The notes beneath the pieces were generated by a model, which worked only from the letters and a program-made list of their open reading frames with translations, ran no database searches and was not told the DNA's origin. Made by a program: the position numbers and the translations under genes. A DNA stretch of 64,000 bases from Chthoniobacterales bacterium (GTDB taxonomy: Bacteria; Verrucomicrobiota; Verrucomicrobiia; Chthoniobacterales; DASVRZ01): NCBI GenBank assembly GCA_039930045.1, contig JBDSQB010000010.1, forward strand, positions 18,264 to 82,263, in the 5' to 3' direction. Below are positions 54,045 to 64,000 of this stretch, one piece after another. Position 1 is the first letter of the stretch. Each line of letters opens with the position of its first letter.

Positions 54045-57000
54045 ATGAATACTGTACCCCGTTCTTTCACTGTTCCTGGGTTTCACACCCTGCCTGTTTT
54101 GTCCCCAGCGTTCGCGCTTTTCTGCATGGGACTTTCTGCATTCGCTGCCAACCCCGATCCGTCGTCCGCATCCACCGTCGGTCAGGCCGTTCATAATCCG
54201 GTGACCAATACGGACACGACGGTGCAGGAACTTATCGTCGATCCGGCGGGAACGCCGACGGCGGGCAGCACAGCTTTCGTCCGAACGGCAGACGGGTATG
54301 CGTTTTTAGTCAAGAACGTCGGCGAAAAAATCTACAACAGCGACACGCCGCCGCTTGGTTTCACGGTTACGGCAAAAAATGCAGGCACCAAAGTCGCCAC
54401 GTTGGATCCCGATCCGGTGGGCGGAGCCACGGCGGATTTCACCTATCAGGAGCCGTATGTGGACTTCCAAGCGCAGTTCAATTCCACTCCAGCTCCCTCG
54501 GCGCCAGGTTCGTCTGACGTAGTCTCCGGGGCCAGTGGCGTTCGCAATGTGCAGACGGGGGCCGGTGGTTCCAATGGGCGCGCGGGCGCATTGGTCGTCC
54601 CGCCCACTTCGGGAGGAAACGGGGCCACGGGTCCGGCTGCCACAGTGAATAATTCCACGACGATTTCCACTACGAATCAAATCGGCATCGAGGCGGGCAG
54701 CATCGGCGGAAATGGCGGCAAGGGAGGCAATTCTTATCTCTCCGTGTTTAGCGGGCGCGATGGCGGCAACGGCGGCGCCGGTGGGCCAGTCGATGTGACC
54801 AATCAAACCGGAGTCCAAGTGGCGACATCGGGTGACGACGCGATTGGCATCTATGCCTACAGCCGCAGCGGTCAGGCGGGAAATGGCGGCAGTGGCTTTG
54901 CGGCTCCCGGGGGCGGCACAGGCGGCCATTCGGCCGATGGCGGCAGTGTGAATGTAAACAATCTGGGTAACATCATTACCACCGGAACCAGCGCCTATGG
55001 CATTTATGGCTTGAGTGTGAGTAACAACGGTGGCAACGGCGGCTCTCAATGGGGTCTCGTGGGCGAGAGCGGCAGCGGCGGATTTGGCGGCAGCGGCGGG
55101 TCCGTCACCATCACCAATGGCACGACAGGGACGATCAACACCGCTGGTAATTTCGCCCACGGCATTTACGCCCAGAGCATTGGCGGCAGCGGCGGATCGT
55201 CGGGCACCTCGGGAAATTTGATTCTTTCCCTGCAAGGCGCGTCGGATAATGGCGGCAACGGCGGAGTCATCTCGGTCACGAATAACGGCATCATTGATAC
55301 CGGTGGCGACGATGCGCGAGGCATTTTTGCACAATCCATCGGCGGCGGCGGCGGCGCTGGCGGGAGTTCGGGAGGACTCATCGCCCTGGGCGGCTCTGGC
55401 TCGAATGGCGGCAGCGCCGGCACGGTCACGGTGACCAACGGTGCCACGGGCAGTATTCATACCAAAGGCACGCGTTCGGATGCCATTTTTGCGCAGTCGG
55501 TCGGCGGCAGCGGTGGCAGCGGCTCGGATGCGGGCGGTCTGGTAGCCGTCGGCGGCAGCGGCAGCAAGGCGGGTAATGGTAGCGATGTGACCGTGGAAAA
55601 CTACGGCACAATCACGACTGAAAAGGACAACGCACGCGGCATTGTGGCTCAGAGCATCGGCGGCGGTGGCGGCGACGGCGGCTCCTCGGGCGGAATGGTT
55701 TCCGTGGGTGGCAGCGGCGATGGCGGCGGCACCAGCGGGACGGTCACTGTGAAAAATGGCGGCGGCATTACGACGGCTGGAAATGACGCACGCGGCATCC
55801 TCGCGCAATCGGTCGGCGGTGGCGGCGGCAACGGCGGCAGTTCAGGTTCCATCGGCTTGTTCGCAGGCGTGGCCATCGGCGGCAGCGGCGGCAAGGGCGG
55901 AGCGGGCGGCAACGTCGCATTAACTTTACAAGGCATCGATGCCAACACGGCCTCAGTCATTCATACCGATGGCGACCGGGCTGGGGGACTACTCGGGCAA
56001 TCCGTCGGTGGTGGTGGCGGAAATGGCGGCGGCGCGGTCCAGGTTTCCGTGGGATTTGGCGGAGCGGCATCTTTCGCCATCGGCGGCCAAGGCGGCGAAG
56101 GCGGCCAAGGCGGCACCGTTTCTCTCAGCAACGGAGGCGGGCAGAGCATTATCGAAACTGGCGGAACCGATTCCACCGCGGCATTTTTGCAAAGCGTCGG
56201 CGGCGGTGGTGGCAATGGCGGTTATGCGGTCGCAGTCGCGGTTGCCGGAGGCCCGGTTTCCGGTTCCTTGAGTCTGGCCATCGGTGGCAAAGGCGCAAAG
56301 GGCGGCGTTGGCGGCAACATCAATGCCGGAACATTCAATGGCGACGGGACTTTGGCTTCAACCGGGTTCAACGGCAGCATCCTGACGACCGGCGAGCGTT
56401 CGGCGGGCTTCATCGCGCAATCGATCGGCGGCGGTGGCGGCAATGGTGGTCTGGCGGTTTCCGGCGCAGGCGGCGGCTCACTTTTCTTTAGCGGGTCCAT
56501 CGCGGTCGGCCTCGGTGGCGCGGGCGCGGGCGGCGGTCAGGGCGGTGACGTTCTGCTCGGAATCAACGGCAACATCGAAACTCAGAAAGCCTCCAGCACC
56601 GCACTTCTCGCGCAATCGGTCGGCGGCGGCGGTGGCAACGGCGGCGGATCTGTGGCGGGTTCCATCGCGGCCTCGGCCGGAGGCGCGGCCAGCGTTTCCG
56701 TCGGCATCGGCGGCAATGCCGGAACTGGCAGCAAGGGCGGCACCGTCCGTCTCGGCACCCAGTCGGGTTCCATTAAAACCAGCGGCCAAAGTTCCGCCGG
56801 TATCGTTGCGCAATCGGTCGGCGGCGGCGGCGGCAACGGCGGCTTCAATGTCTCGGCCGGAGGTTCCGGCGCAGGCGGACTGGCTGCTGCCATCAATGTC
56901 GGATTAGGCGGCAAAGGCGGCGGCGGCGGCGACGGCGGTTTGGTGACAGCCGACTTGCATTCCAATGTGACGACCACGGGTGAAAACTCCGGAGCCATCG

Positions 57001-60000
57001 TTGTGCAATCGGTTGGCGGCGGCGGCGGCAATGGCGGCTTCAACGTCTCGGCCGGAGCGGCCGGAGCTGCGGGCGGCGCAGGCGCAGTCTCCGTGGGCTT
57101 GGGTGGAAGCGGTGGGACCGGCGGAATCGGCGGCACCGTCATTGCGAAATCCACCGGCATTATTTCAACAACCAACGACCGGTCTTCCGGCATCGTTGTG
57201 CAATCCATCGGCGGTGGTGGCGGCAATGGCGGCTTCAATGTTTCTGCCGGAGCGGCCGGCGCGGGAGTTGCCAGCGGCGGAGTTTCAGTCGGATTGGGCG
57301 GAAAAGCCGGAGCCGGCAATAACGCGGGTGATGTCACCGCCACGACTTCGGGAAAAGTCACGACCCTGGGCACTGACTCCGCAGGCATCGTCGCGCAATC
57401 CATTGGCGGCGGCGGTGGCAACGGCGGCTTCAATGTTTCCGGTGTCGGCAGCGGCGCGGGCGTGGGCAGCGCAGCCATTTCCGTCGGGCTCGGCGGCAAC
57501 GGTGGCGCGGGTGGCGACGGAAAAAATGTCACGCTCACCGTCACCAACGACGTCACTACATCCGGGGTCCGTTCCGGTGCGGTCGCAGCGCAGAGCATCG
57601 GCGGTGGCGGCGGCAATGGTGGATTTAACATTTCCGGTGCCGGCTCAGGTGCGGGCGTGGGCAGCGGCTCGATCAGCGTTGGCTTGGGCGGAAGTGGCGC
57701 GGGCGCTGGTGACGGCGGCCTCGTCAACGCAACGGCAACCGGCGATTACATCACCGGGGCGGACTTTTCGTATGGCATCCTCGCCCAATCTGTGGGCGGT
57801 GGTGGTGGCAACGGTGGATTCAATATCTCGGGCGGTTTATCCGGCGGTGGAGTCGGCAGCGGCGGCATTGCCATAGGCTTGGGCGGTTCCGGCGGCATGG
57901 CTGGAAATGGCGGAAGATCGGACACAGATCGGGCCGTGACGCTCTTTTCCAACGGATCTGTATTTACCAACGGAATTTCCTCCGCTGGCATCATCGCGCA
58001 ATCCATCGGTGGCGGTGGCGGCAACGGCGGTTACAACATCTCCGCCACTCTTTCCGGGGCCGGCGGCGGCAGCGGTGCCGTTTCCGTCGGACTCGGCGGC
58101 AGCGGTGGCAGCGGCGGCAGTGGCAAAGGCGTTTTTGCCCAGATGACATCCGATGTCACCACGATGAAAAATGATTCGGGCGGCATTCTGGTCCAGTCAG
58201 TTGGCGGCGGCGGCGGCAATGGCGGCTTCAATATCTCCGGCAGTCTTTCCGGCGCTGGCACCGGCAGCGGCGGCATTTCTGTCGGACTCGGCGGCAATGG
58301 CGGCTCGGGCGGACGCGCGGGTGACATCGACTCCTCATCCACTGGAGAAATCATCACTATGGGTGATCGCTCCGCCGGATTCGTCAGCCAGTCGATTGGT
58401 GGCGGTGGCGGCAGTGGCGGCTTCAATATTTCCGGCAGCCTTTCCGGCGCTGGCACAGGCAGCGGTTCCATCAGTGTGGGGCTGGGAGGCGACGGCGGTG
58501 TTGGCAACGTCGCGGGCAACGTGACGGCTCTTTCCACCGGCAAAGTCTGGACATTCGGCCTCGACTCGACCGGCATTCTCGCCCAATCCGTGGGCGGCGG
58601 TGGCGGTAACGGCGGTTACAATATTTCCGCAGGAGCTTCCGCGGCAGGCACGGGCAGTGGCTCGGTCAACGTCGGGTTGGGTGGCAAGGGTGGTGCCGCA
58701 GCCAATGCGGGAACGGTCAACCTCACTGTGCAGAACACCGTTTACACCGATAAAAATCGGTCTTACGCGGTCATCGGCCAGTCCATCGGCGGTGGCGGCG
58801 GCAATGGCGGTTTCAATATTTCAGCCTCGGCCACGGGTGCCGGCGCAGGCAGTGGCGCGGTTAGCGTCGGGTTAGGCGGCAATGGTGCGGGCGGCGGCAA
58901 TGGCGGCGCGGTCACCGTAACGACTTCCGACTTTATTCAGACCAAAGGAAACCAATCGGGAGGCATCCTCGCCCAATCGGTCGGTGGTGGTGGCGGCAAC
59001 GGCGGATACAACGTGTCCGCAGCCGGATCGGGTGCCGGCACCGGCAGCGCGGCAGTTTCAGTCGGCTTGGGCGGCTCCGGCGCAGGTGGCGGAGATGGAT
59101 CGACCGTGGATCTGACGGTAACCAACTCAGTCCTCACGGGTGGCAATACTTCCCCAGGCATCGTCGCCCAGTCGGTCGGCGGTGGCGGTGGAAATGGTGG
59201 ATTTGACGTTAGTGCTTCCGGTTCTGGAGCTGGCACCGGCAGCGGTGCGGTTAGCGTGAGCCTCGGCGGCAGCGCCGGATCGGGCGGGAACGCCGAACGG
59301 GTGACTTCCAACGTAACCGGAGACATCACGACTTCCGGCGACAACTCGGGCGGTTTGCTCGCGCAATCGGTCGGTGGTGGTGGCGGCAATGGTGGTTTTA
59401 GTGTGAGCGCGGCCATTTCCGGAGCTGGCACAGCCAGTGGCGCGGTCGCCGTTGGCCTAGGTGGCAGCGGCGGTTCGGGCGGACACTCGGGGAACGTGAC
59501 ATCCACATTGACAGGCGATGTTTCCACCGGTGGCAAAGACGCTTCGGGCATCATTGCACAATCTCTGGGCGGCGGCGGCGGTAATGGCGGCATCGCCGTG
59601 TCCGGCTCGATCTCCGCAGCGCAAACCGCGAGCGGAGCTGTTTCTGTCAGCATCGGTGGAACGGGCGGCGGCGGCGGCTACGCAGGGACGGTTAACAACA
59701 CCGTCACCGGAAACGTCACAGCCAAAAAAGAAAACTCTGGCGGTATCCTGGCTCAATCATTGGGCGGCGGCGGTGGCAACGGCGGCATTTCTGTTAGTGG
59801 TTCTCTGTCTCTGGCCAACACCGCCAGTGGCGCAGTTTCCGTGGGAGTCGGTGGTGCGGGTGGCGGCGGTGGAGCGGCTGGCGAAGTCACCAACAACGTG
59901 ACCGGGACAACCATGACCGAGGGCGACAATGGCTTCGGCATCGCCGCCCAGTCGATCGGTGGTGGAGGTGGAAATGGCGGACTCAATGTCAGCGGAGCTC

Positions 60001-63000
60001 TTTCCCTCGCGAAAACCGCTTCCGGCGCAATTGCTGTGGGCATCGGCGGAGCGGGCGGTGACGGGGGCGACGCAGCGAATGTGAGCAACACCGTGTCTGG
60101 TTACGTGCAGACGCTAGGTGATAATGCAACTGGCATCCTCGCGCAGTCCGCCGGCGGCGGTGGCGGCAACGGCGGCCTCAATATTAGCGGCACAATCACC
60201 GCAGCCCAGACTGGCAGCGGCGGCGTCGCGGTCGGCGTGGGCGGCTTCGGAGGATCTGGCGGTATTGGCAAAAACGTCATTAACAATGTCACTGGAGGCA
60301 CGGTAACAACCGGATCGCATTCCGATGGCATCGTCGCCCAAAGCTTGGGCGGCGGCGGCGGCAACGGTGCCATCAACGTCACCTCGGCAGTCAATCTTTC
60401 CAAGGAAAACGGCGGCGCGCTCGGCATTGGAATCGGCGGTTTCGGCGGCGACGGCGGCAACTCCGGCGATGTTACCAGCACGATTGCTACGACAGTCGCT
60501 CACAACATAATCGCAACCCTAGGCGACAACTCCTCCGCCATCATTGCCCAGTCTTTGGCTGGAGGTGGCGGCAACGGCGGCGTCAACGTCACTGGCGTAG
60601 TTAACCTAACAGGCAAGAACGGAGCGGCCATCGGAGTCGGAGTCGGCGGTTTCGGCGGCGGCGCTGGAAATGCTGGCAACGTCGTTCTCGGTGTCACCGG
60701 TCCGGTTTCGACCCAGGGAAATGATTCTCACGGCCTTCTCGCGCAATCCATTGGCGGCGGTGGCGGCAATGGCGGAACCAATGTCACGGGCGCTTTGGCC
60801 ATGACCAGTTCCAGCGGCGGCTCGTCCAAGGCGGTGGCGGCTTCCATTGGTATCGGCGGCTTTGGCGGCGATGGCGGCACGGCCGGCAATGTCGATGTGA
60901 CTTACACCGGAACGATCGTGGCCCAGCCGCGTGTGCTGGTTCCTGACTTTACCGATCCCATTACGAGCGTCTTCACTCCAGCTCATCTCGAGTTGAAGGA
61001 AGGAACCGGCTCACATGGCATCGCGGCGCAGTCGATTGGCGGCGGTGGCGGCAACGGCGCCATCAATGTCAGCGCAGGAATTTCCTATGCCCGGGGCGAT
61101 GGCGACGGTTATGGAATCGTCGTCGGAGTCGGTGGCTTTGGCGGAAAAGGCGGCAACGCGGGCAACGTTGGCGTGATCGTGAACGGAAATGAAAGCATCT
61201 CCTCCTACGGCGCGGCGCATTCCGGCATTCTCGCCCAGAGCGTGGGCGGCGGTGGCGGCAATGGCGGCACCAACGTCAGCGGTGGAATCGTATCTGACTC
61301 GCCTCTAATCGTTGGAGTCGGCGGGTTTGGAGCCGACGCAGGAACGGCTGGAAACGTCAACGTCGCTGCGGCGACCAACGTTTTCGCCTCAGCGGGAGAT
61401 TCGAAGAATTTCAGTTCCGCTGGAATTCTGGCGCAAAGCCTTGGCGGTGGCGGCGGCAACGGCGGACTGAATGTCAGCGGAGGCGTCTCGCTTAACAAAG
61501 CGGCCGATGTTCCGTCCATCACCGTCGGCGTCGGCGGCTTTGGCGGTGCGGGATCGACCAGCGGTAACGTCGTCGTTAATCAAACGGGGAACGCCATCAC
61601 TTCCGGAAACTGGATCCACGGCGTCATGGCCCAATCGATTGCGGGCGGTGGCGGCAACGGTGGACTGAACGTGAGCGGAGAAATCAATTTCGCGGATTCG
61701 GAAAACTCAGGGGGCAAAAAAGACCTCACCATTGTCGCCGGTATCGGCGGAAATGGCGGCCAAGGTGCCAATGCCGGAAATGTCTCGGTCACACAAAACG
61801 GCATCGTCTCCACCAAGGGCGACAACGCACGGGGAGTTGCGGCGCAATCCATCGGTGGTGGTGGCGGCACGGGCGGGATGAACGTCACAGGCATCCTCGC
61901 CAAGAAAAGTTCGCCCGTCAGCGTGGGCGTGGGCGGATCGGGTTCGGGCGGCGGCAATGCGGGCTCGGCCTCGGTTTTCCGCGGCTTGGCAGGAAGTCCA
62001 ACTGGAATCGTGAGTACGGATGGAAAAGGCGCTTACGGCATTGAGGCCACGAGCATCGGCGGCGGCGGCGGAGATGCCGGAATGAATGTGATCGCAGCGG
62101 TCAGCAAAGCGGGTGACGACGATACGGCGGCTGGTTTTGAGGCGCAGATTGCCATCGGCGGCGCTGGCGGCGAGGCCGGCAACGGCGGTGCTGCGCGCGT
62201 GGAAAACTACAGCGTGATCACGACCGCTCAGGACAACAGTCACGGCATTATTTCGCAGTCGATCGGCGGTGGCGGTGGCAATGCCAACGTCAATTTCGCC
62301 ACGACTTACGAGGATAAAAACGACAAGAACATGGGCTTCAACCTCGCCATCGGAGGTGCGCCTGGCGACGGCGGCAGTGGTTCGACTTCCGATGTTATCC
62401 AAGTCGGCGATATTGAAACCCAGGGTTCCAATTCTTATGGCATCCTCTCGCAATCCATCGGTGGTGGTGGCGGCAACGCCACTCTGAACTCGATTTCCTC
62501 GAAAAACGACGGTGGCAAACTTACCATTTCCCTCGGGCGCATGGGCGGCATGGGCGGCACGGGCGCGGACGTTTCGCTCTCCTCCGATGGAAATGTCATC
62601 ACCCACGGCGACACCTCTTTTGGAATGCTCGCCCAATCCGTCGGCAACGGTGGCGGCAACAGTTCGACGACTTCCATTACAGCGGACGCTCCGAAGAAAG
62701 ACGATGACAAACCCGCCGAATCCTTCGCTCTCTCCGTGGGGCTCGAAGGCGGCACCGGCGGCAGCGCGGGAGCAGTGATTCTCACAGCCAAAGGCACCGT
62801 GACCACCGACGGCCAGGGCGCTCACGCCATCTTCGCCCAAAGCGTCGGCGGCGGCGGCGGCAACGGCGGTTCGGCGGATACTTTCGGGAAGACCAAGGCT
62901 CCGACAGCCGCTCTCTCACTGGGAGGCAAAGGCGGCAGCGGCGGCGTGAGTGGAAATGTTTCGGTGACCAATTCCGCGATCGTTCACACCAAAGGCGAAA

Positions 63001-64000
63001 GCGCCCTCGGCATCATCGCACAGTCCATCGGCGGCGGCGGCGGCACTGGCGGCATGGCCCGCACCGGTGGCGAAGAAGCCCTCTCCGATGGCGCAACCGT
63101 GAGCGTTGGAGGCAACGGTGGAACTGGCATGAAAAGCGGAAACGTCGATGTCGCGAACAGCGGCATCATTGTTACGGACGGGCTGAGTTCCCACGGTGTC
63201 CTCGCACAATCGATCGCCGGTGGTGGCGGTAATGCCGGCATGACGGTGAACTCTATTTTGAAGGACAACAAAGATACCGCCAAGCGACTCGCGGTGTCCG
63301 TGGGAGGCAGTGGCGGCGACGGTGCCGTCTCTGGAACCGTCAATGTGGTGAACACCGGCGGCATCGGGACGAATTCGGCAAACGCAGTCGGCATCTTTGC
63401 GCAATCCATCGGCGGCGGCGGAGGAAATTCCGACAGCGTCATGACAGGCATCGCCAACGGCATGGGCGGTGGCAACACCTACTCTATGGGCATTGGCGGC
63501 AGCGGTGGCACCGGCGGTGCGGCTAGGGCAGTGACCGTTTCCAATATCGGAGGAATCGACCCTAACTCCGGTCGCATCGAAACCATGGGAGATCGTTCCT
63601 ACGGCGTCCTCGCCATGAGCGTTGGTGGCGGCGGCGGCACAGGCAGCGTCACAGAAACGACTCAGAACGTCACCAATCCCACAGAGACCTCCAACTCAAA
63701 AAGCTACAGCTTGAGTCTGGGTGGATTCGGCGGCGACGGCGGCACTGGCGGCGCGGTGGTGGTCAACAATTCCGGCACCATTACCACGCACGGCATTCAA
63801 GCCCACGGCATTTTGGCCGAATCCATCGGCGGCGGTGGCGGCAACGGCGGTATGAGCGTGGCCGGCGAGAAAGCCATTGGCACGAAATCGTCCGACACCT
63901 CGCCCACCGCAGAGAAAGCCGTCGCCTTGTCGATTGGCGGCAGCGGCGGCACGGGCAACAAAGGAGGCGACGTGACGGTGAACAACACCGGCGGCATCGA
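54045..64000 (+). CDS. giant Gly-rich tandem-repeat exoprotein (autotransporter-passenger-like / beta-helical adhesin-like), 5' partial >3318 codons
   Basis: ATG at 54045. Signal-like N-terminus. Uninterrupted frame to the window end. >45 repeats of ...(I/L)xAQS(I/V)GGGGGNGG(F/L)N(V/I)S... at 120-200 bp spacing. Minus-strand Pro-rich ORFs across this span are mirror artefacts. Confidence 0.8.
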   Translation, partial: MNTVPRSFTVPGFHTLPVLSPAFALFCMGLSAFAANPDPSSASTVGQAVHNPVTNTDTTVQELIVDPAGTPTAGSTAFVRTADGYAFLVKNVGEKIYNSDTPPLGFTVTAKNAGTKVATLDPDPVGGATADFTYQEPYVDFQAQFNSTPAPSAPGSSDVVSGASGVRNVQTGAGGSNGRAGALVVPPTSGGNGATGPAATVNNSTTISTTNQIGIEAGSIGGNGGKGGNSYLSVFSGRDGGNGGAGGPVDVTNQTGVQVATSGDDAIGIYAYSRSGQAGNGGSGFAAPGGGTGGHSADGGSVNVNNLGNIITTGTSAYGIYGLSVSNNGGNGGSQWGLVGESGSGGFGGSGGSVTITNGTTGTINTAGNFAHGIYAQSIGGSGGSSGTSGNLILSLQGASDNGGNGGVISVTNNGIIDTGGDDARGIFAQSIGGGGGAGGSSGGLIALGGSGSNGGSAGTVTVTNGATGSIHTKGTRSDAIFAQSVGGSGGSGSDAGGLVAVGGSGSKAGNGSDVTVENYGTITTEKDNARGIVAQSIGGGGGDGGSSGGMVSVGGSGDGGGTSGTVTVKNGGGITTAGNDARGILAQSVGGGGGNGGSSGSIGLFAGVAIGGSGGKGGAGGNVALTLQGIDANTASVIHTDGDRAGGLLGQSVGGGGGNGGGAVQVSVGFGGAASFAIGGQGGEGGQGGTVSLSNGGGQSIIETGGTDSTAAFLQSVGGGGGNGGYAVAVAVAGGPVSGSLSLAIGGKGAKGGVGGNINAGTFNGDGTLASTGFNGSILTTGERSAGFIAQSIGGGGGNGGLAVSGAGGGSLFFSGSIAVGLGGAGAGGGQGGDVLLGINGNIETQKASSTALLAQSVGGGGGNGGGSVAGSIAASAGGAASVSVGIGGNAGTGSKGGTVRLGTQSGSIKTSGQSSAGIVAQSVGGGGGNGGFNVSAGGSGAGGLAAAINVGLGGKGGGGGDGGLVTADLHSNVTTTGENSGAIVVQSVGGGGGNGGFNVSAGAAGAAGGAGAVSVGLGGSGGTGGIGGTVIAKSTGIISTTNDRSSGIVVQSIGGGGGNGGFNVSAGAAGAGVASGGVSVGLGGKAGAGNNAGDVTATTSGKVTTLGTDSAGIVAQSIGGGGGNGGFNVSGVGSGAGVGSAAISVGLGGNGGAGGDGKNVTLTVTNDVTTSGVRSGAVAAQSIGGGGGNGGFNISGAGSGAGVGSGSISVGLGGSGAGAGDGGLVNATATGDYITGADFSYGILAQSVGGGGGNGGFNISGGLSGGGVGSGGIAIGLGGSGGMAGNGGRSDTDRAVTLFSNGSVFTNGISSAGIIAQSIGGGGGNGGYNISATLSGAGGGSGAVSVGLGGSGGSGGSGKGVFAQMTSDVTTMKNDSGGILVQSVGGGGGNGGFNISGSLSGAGTGSGGISVGLGGNGGSGGRAGDIDSSSTGEIITMGDRSAGFVSQSIGGGGGSGGFNISGSLSGAGTGSGSISVGLGGDGGVGNVAGNVTALSTGKVWTFGLDSTGILAQSVGGGGGNGGYNISAGASAAGTGSGSVNVGLGGKGGAAANAGTVNLTVQNTVYTDKNRSYAVIGQSIGGGGGNGGFNISASATGAGAGSGAVSVGLGGNGAGGGNGGAVTVTTSDFIQTKGNQSGGILAQSVGGGGGNGGYNVSAAGSGAGTGSAAVSVGLGGSGAGGGDGSTVDLTVTNSVLTGGNTSPGIVAQSVGGGGGNGGFDVSASGSGAGTGSGAVSVSLGGSAGSGGNAERVTSNVTGDITTSGDNSGGLLAQSVGGGGGNGGFSVSAAISGAGTASGAVAVGLGGSGGSGGHSGNVTSTLTGDVSTGGKDASGIIAQSLGGGGGNGGIAVSGSISAAQTASGAVSVSIGGTGGGGGYAGTVNNTVTGNVTAKKENSGGILAQSLGGGGGNGGISVSGSLSLANTASGAVSVGVGGAGGGGGAAGEVTNNVTGTTMTEGDNGFGIAAQSIGGGGGNGGLNVSGALSLAKTASGAIAVGIGGAGGDGGDAANVSNTVSGYVQTLGDNATGILAQSAGGGGGNGGLNISGTITAAQTGSGGVAVGVGGFGGSGGIGKNVINNVTGGTVTTGSHSDGIVAQSLGGGGGNGAINVTSAVNLSKENGGALGIGIGGFGGDGGNSGDVTSTIATTVAHNIIATLGDNSSAIIAQSLAGGGGNGGVNVTGVVNLTGKNGAAIGVGVGGFGGGAGNAGNVVLGVTGPVSTQGNDSHGLLAQSIGGGGGNGGTNVTGALAMTSSSGGSSKAVAASIGIGGFGGDGGTAGNVDVTYTGTIVAQPRVLVPDFTDPITSVFTPAHLELKEGTGSHGIAAQSIGGGGGNGAINVSAGISYARGDGDGYGIVVGVGGFGGKGGNAGNVGVIVNGNESISSYGAAHSGILAQSVGGGGGNGGTNVSGGIVSDSPLIVGVGGFGADAGTAGNVNVAAATNVFASAGDSKNFSSAGILAQSLGGGGGNGGLNVSGGVSLNKAADVPSITVGVGGFGGAGSTSGNVVVNQTGNAITSGNWIHGVMAQSIAGGGGNGGLNVSGEINFADSENSGGKKDLTIVAGIGGNGGQGANAGNVSVTQNGIVSTKGDNARGVAAQSIGGGGGTGGMNVTGILAKKSSPVSVGVGGSGSGGGNAGSASVFRGLAGSPTGIVSTDGKGAYGIEATSIGGGGGDAGMNVIAAVSKAGDDDTAAGFEAQIAIGGAGGEAGNGGAARVENYSVITTAQDNSHGIISQSIGGGGGNANVNFATTYEDKNDKNMGFNLAIGGAPGDGGSGSTSDVIQVGDIETQGSNSYGILSQSIGGGGGNATLNSISSKNDGGKLTISLGRMGGMGGTGADVSLSSDGNVITHGDTSFGMLAQSVGNGGGNSSTTSITADAPKKDDDKPAESFALSVGLEGGTGGSAGAVILTAKGTVTTDGQGAHAIFAQSVGGGGGNGGSADTFGKTKAPTAALSLGGKGGSGGVSGNVSVTNSAIVHTKGESALGIIAQSIGGGGGTGGMARTGGEEALSDGATVSVGGNGGTGMKSGNVDVANSGIIVTDGLSSHGVLAQSIAGGGGNAGMTVNSILKDNKDTAKRLAVSVGGSGGDGAVSGTVNVVNTGGIGTNSANAVGIFAQSIGGGGGNSDSVMTGIANGMGGGNTYSMGIGGSGGTGGAARAVTVSNIGGIDPNSGRIETMGDRSYGVLAMSVGGGGGTGSVTETTQNVTNPTETSNSKSYSLSLGGFGGDGGTGGAVVVNNSGTITTHGIQAHGILAESIGGGGGNGGMSVAGEKAIGTKSSDTSPTAEKAVALSIGGSGGTGNKGGDVTVNNTGGI

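Noticed and set aside
54306-63997. Many minus-strand ORFs encoding Pro-rich proteins (PPLPPPPPTDCA...) up to 500 aa
   Set aside because: They are reverse-complement artefacts of the GGC/GGT-rich plus-strand gene (Gly codons read as Pro/Ala on the other strand). The plus frame is continuous and has coherent repeat structure

Overview
This is a high-GC (~60-65%) bacterial chromosomal window. The PEP-CTERM protein, the giant PATR/Gly-rich repeat exoproteins and the general gene content suggest a Verrucomicrobia-like organism, but that is inference only. Most of the window is housekeeping or core metabolism. Identified genes include a gluconokinase/LarA-like/SDR cluster, modA, a DinG-like helicase, rpsA, a conserved yceD-rpmF-plsX-fabH-(tatD)-fabD lipid-synthesis cluster, coaD, an ECF sigma factor, an MqnE/MqnC-like radical-SAM enzyme, a class A beta-lactamase, rsmH, an emrAB-like efflux operon with a TetR regulator, lexA, a two-component system, a 1781-aa PEP-CTERM protein, and the 5' 3.3k codons of a giant Gly-rich repeat protein. 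The accessory region of greatest interest is ~33.8-38.9 kb. It holds a truncated RayT (REP-associated HuH transposase) gene flanked by inverted 30-bp REP-like palindromes, then an orphan hypothetical gene. Next comes a strictly 21-bp-phased 12-unit direct-repeat array with a TATGTTT core. After that is a ~45% GC island carrying a single 1065-aa protein that fuses a calcineurin-like metallophosphoesterase domain to a P-loop (AAA+/STAND-like) NTPase and a large helical C-terminal region. The island ends at the 3' end of a tRNA-Gln(CTG). I consider the phosphoesterase-NTPase fusion the best candidate for a previously undescribed single-gene defence or stress system. All functional calls come from reading motifs in the translations and from my memory of protein families, with no database searches, so they are hypotheses of graded confidence.
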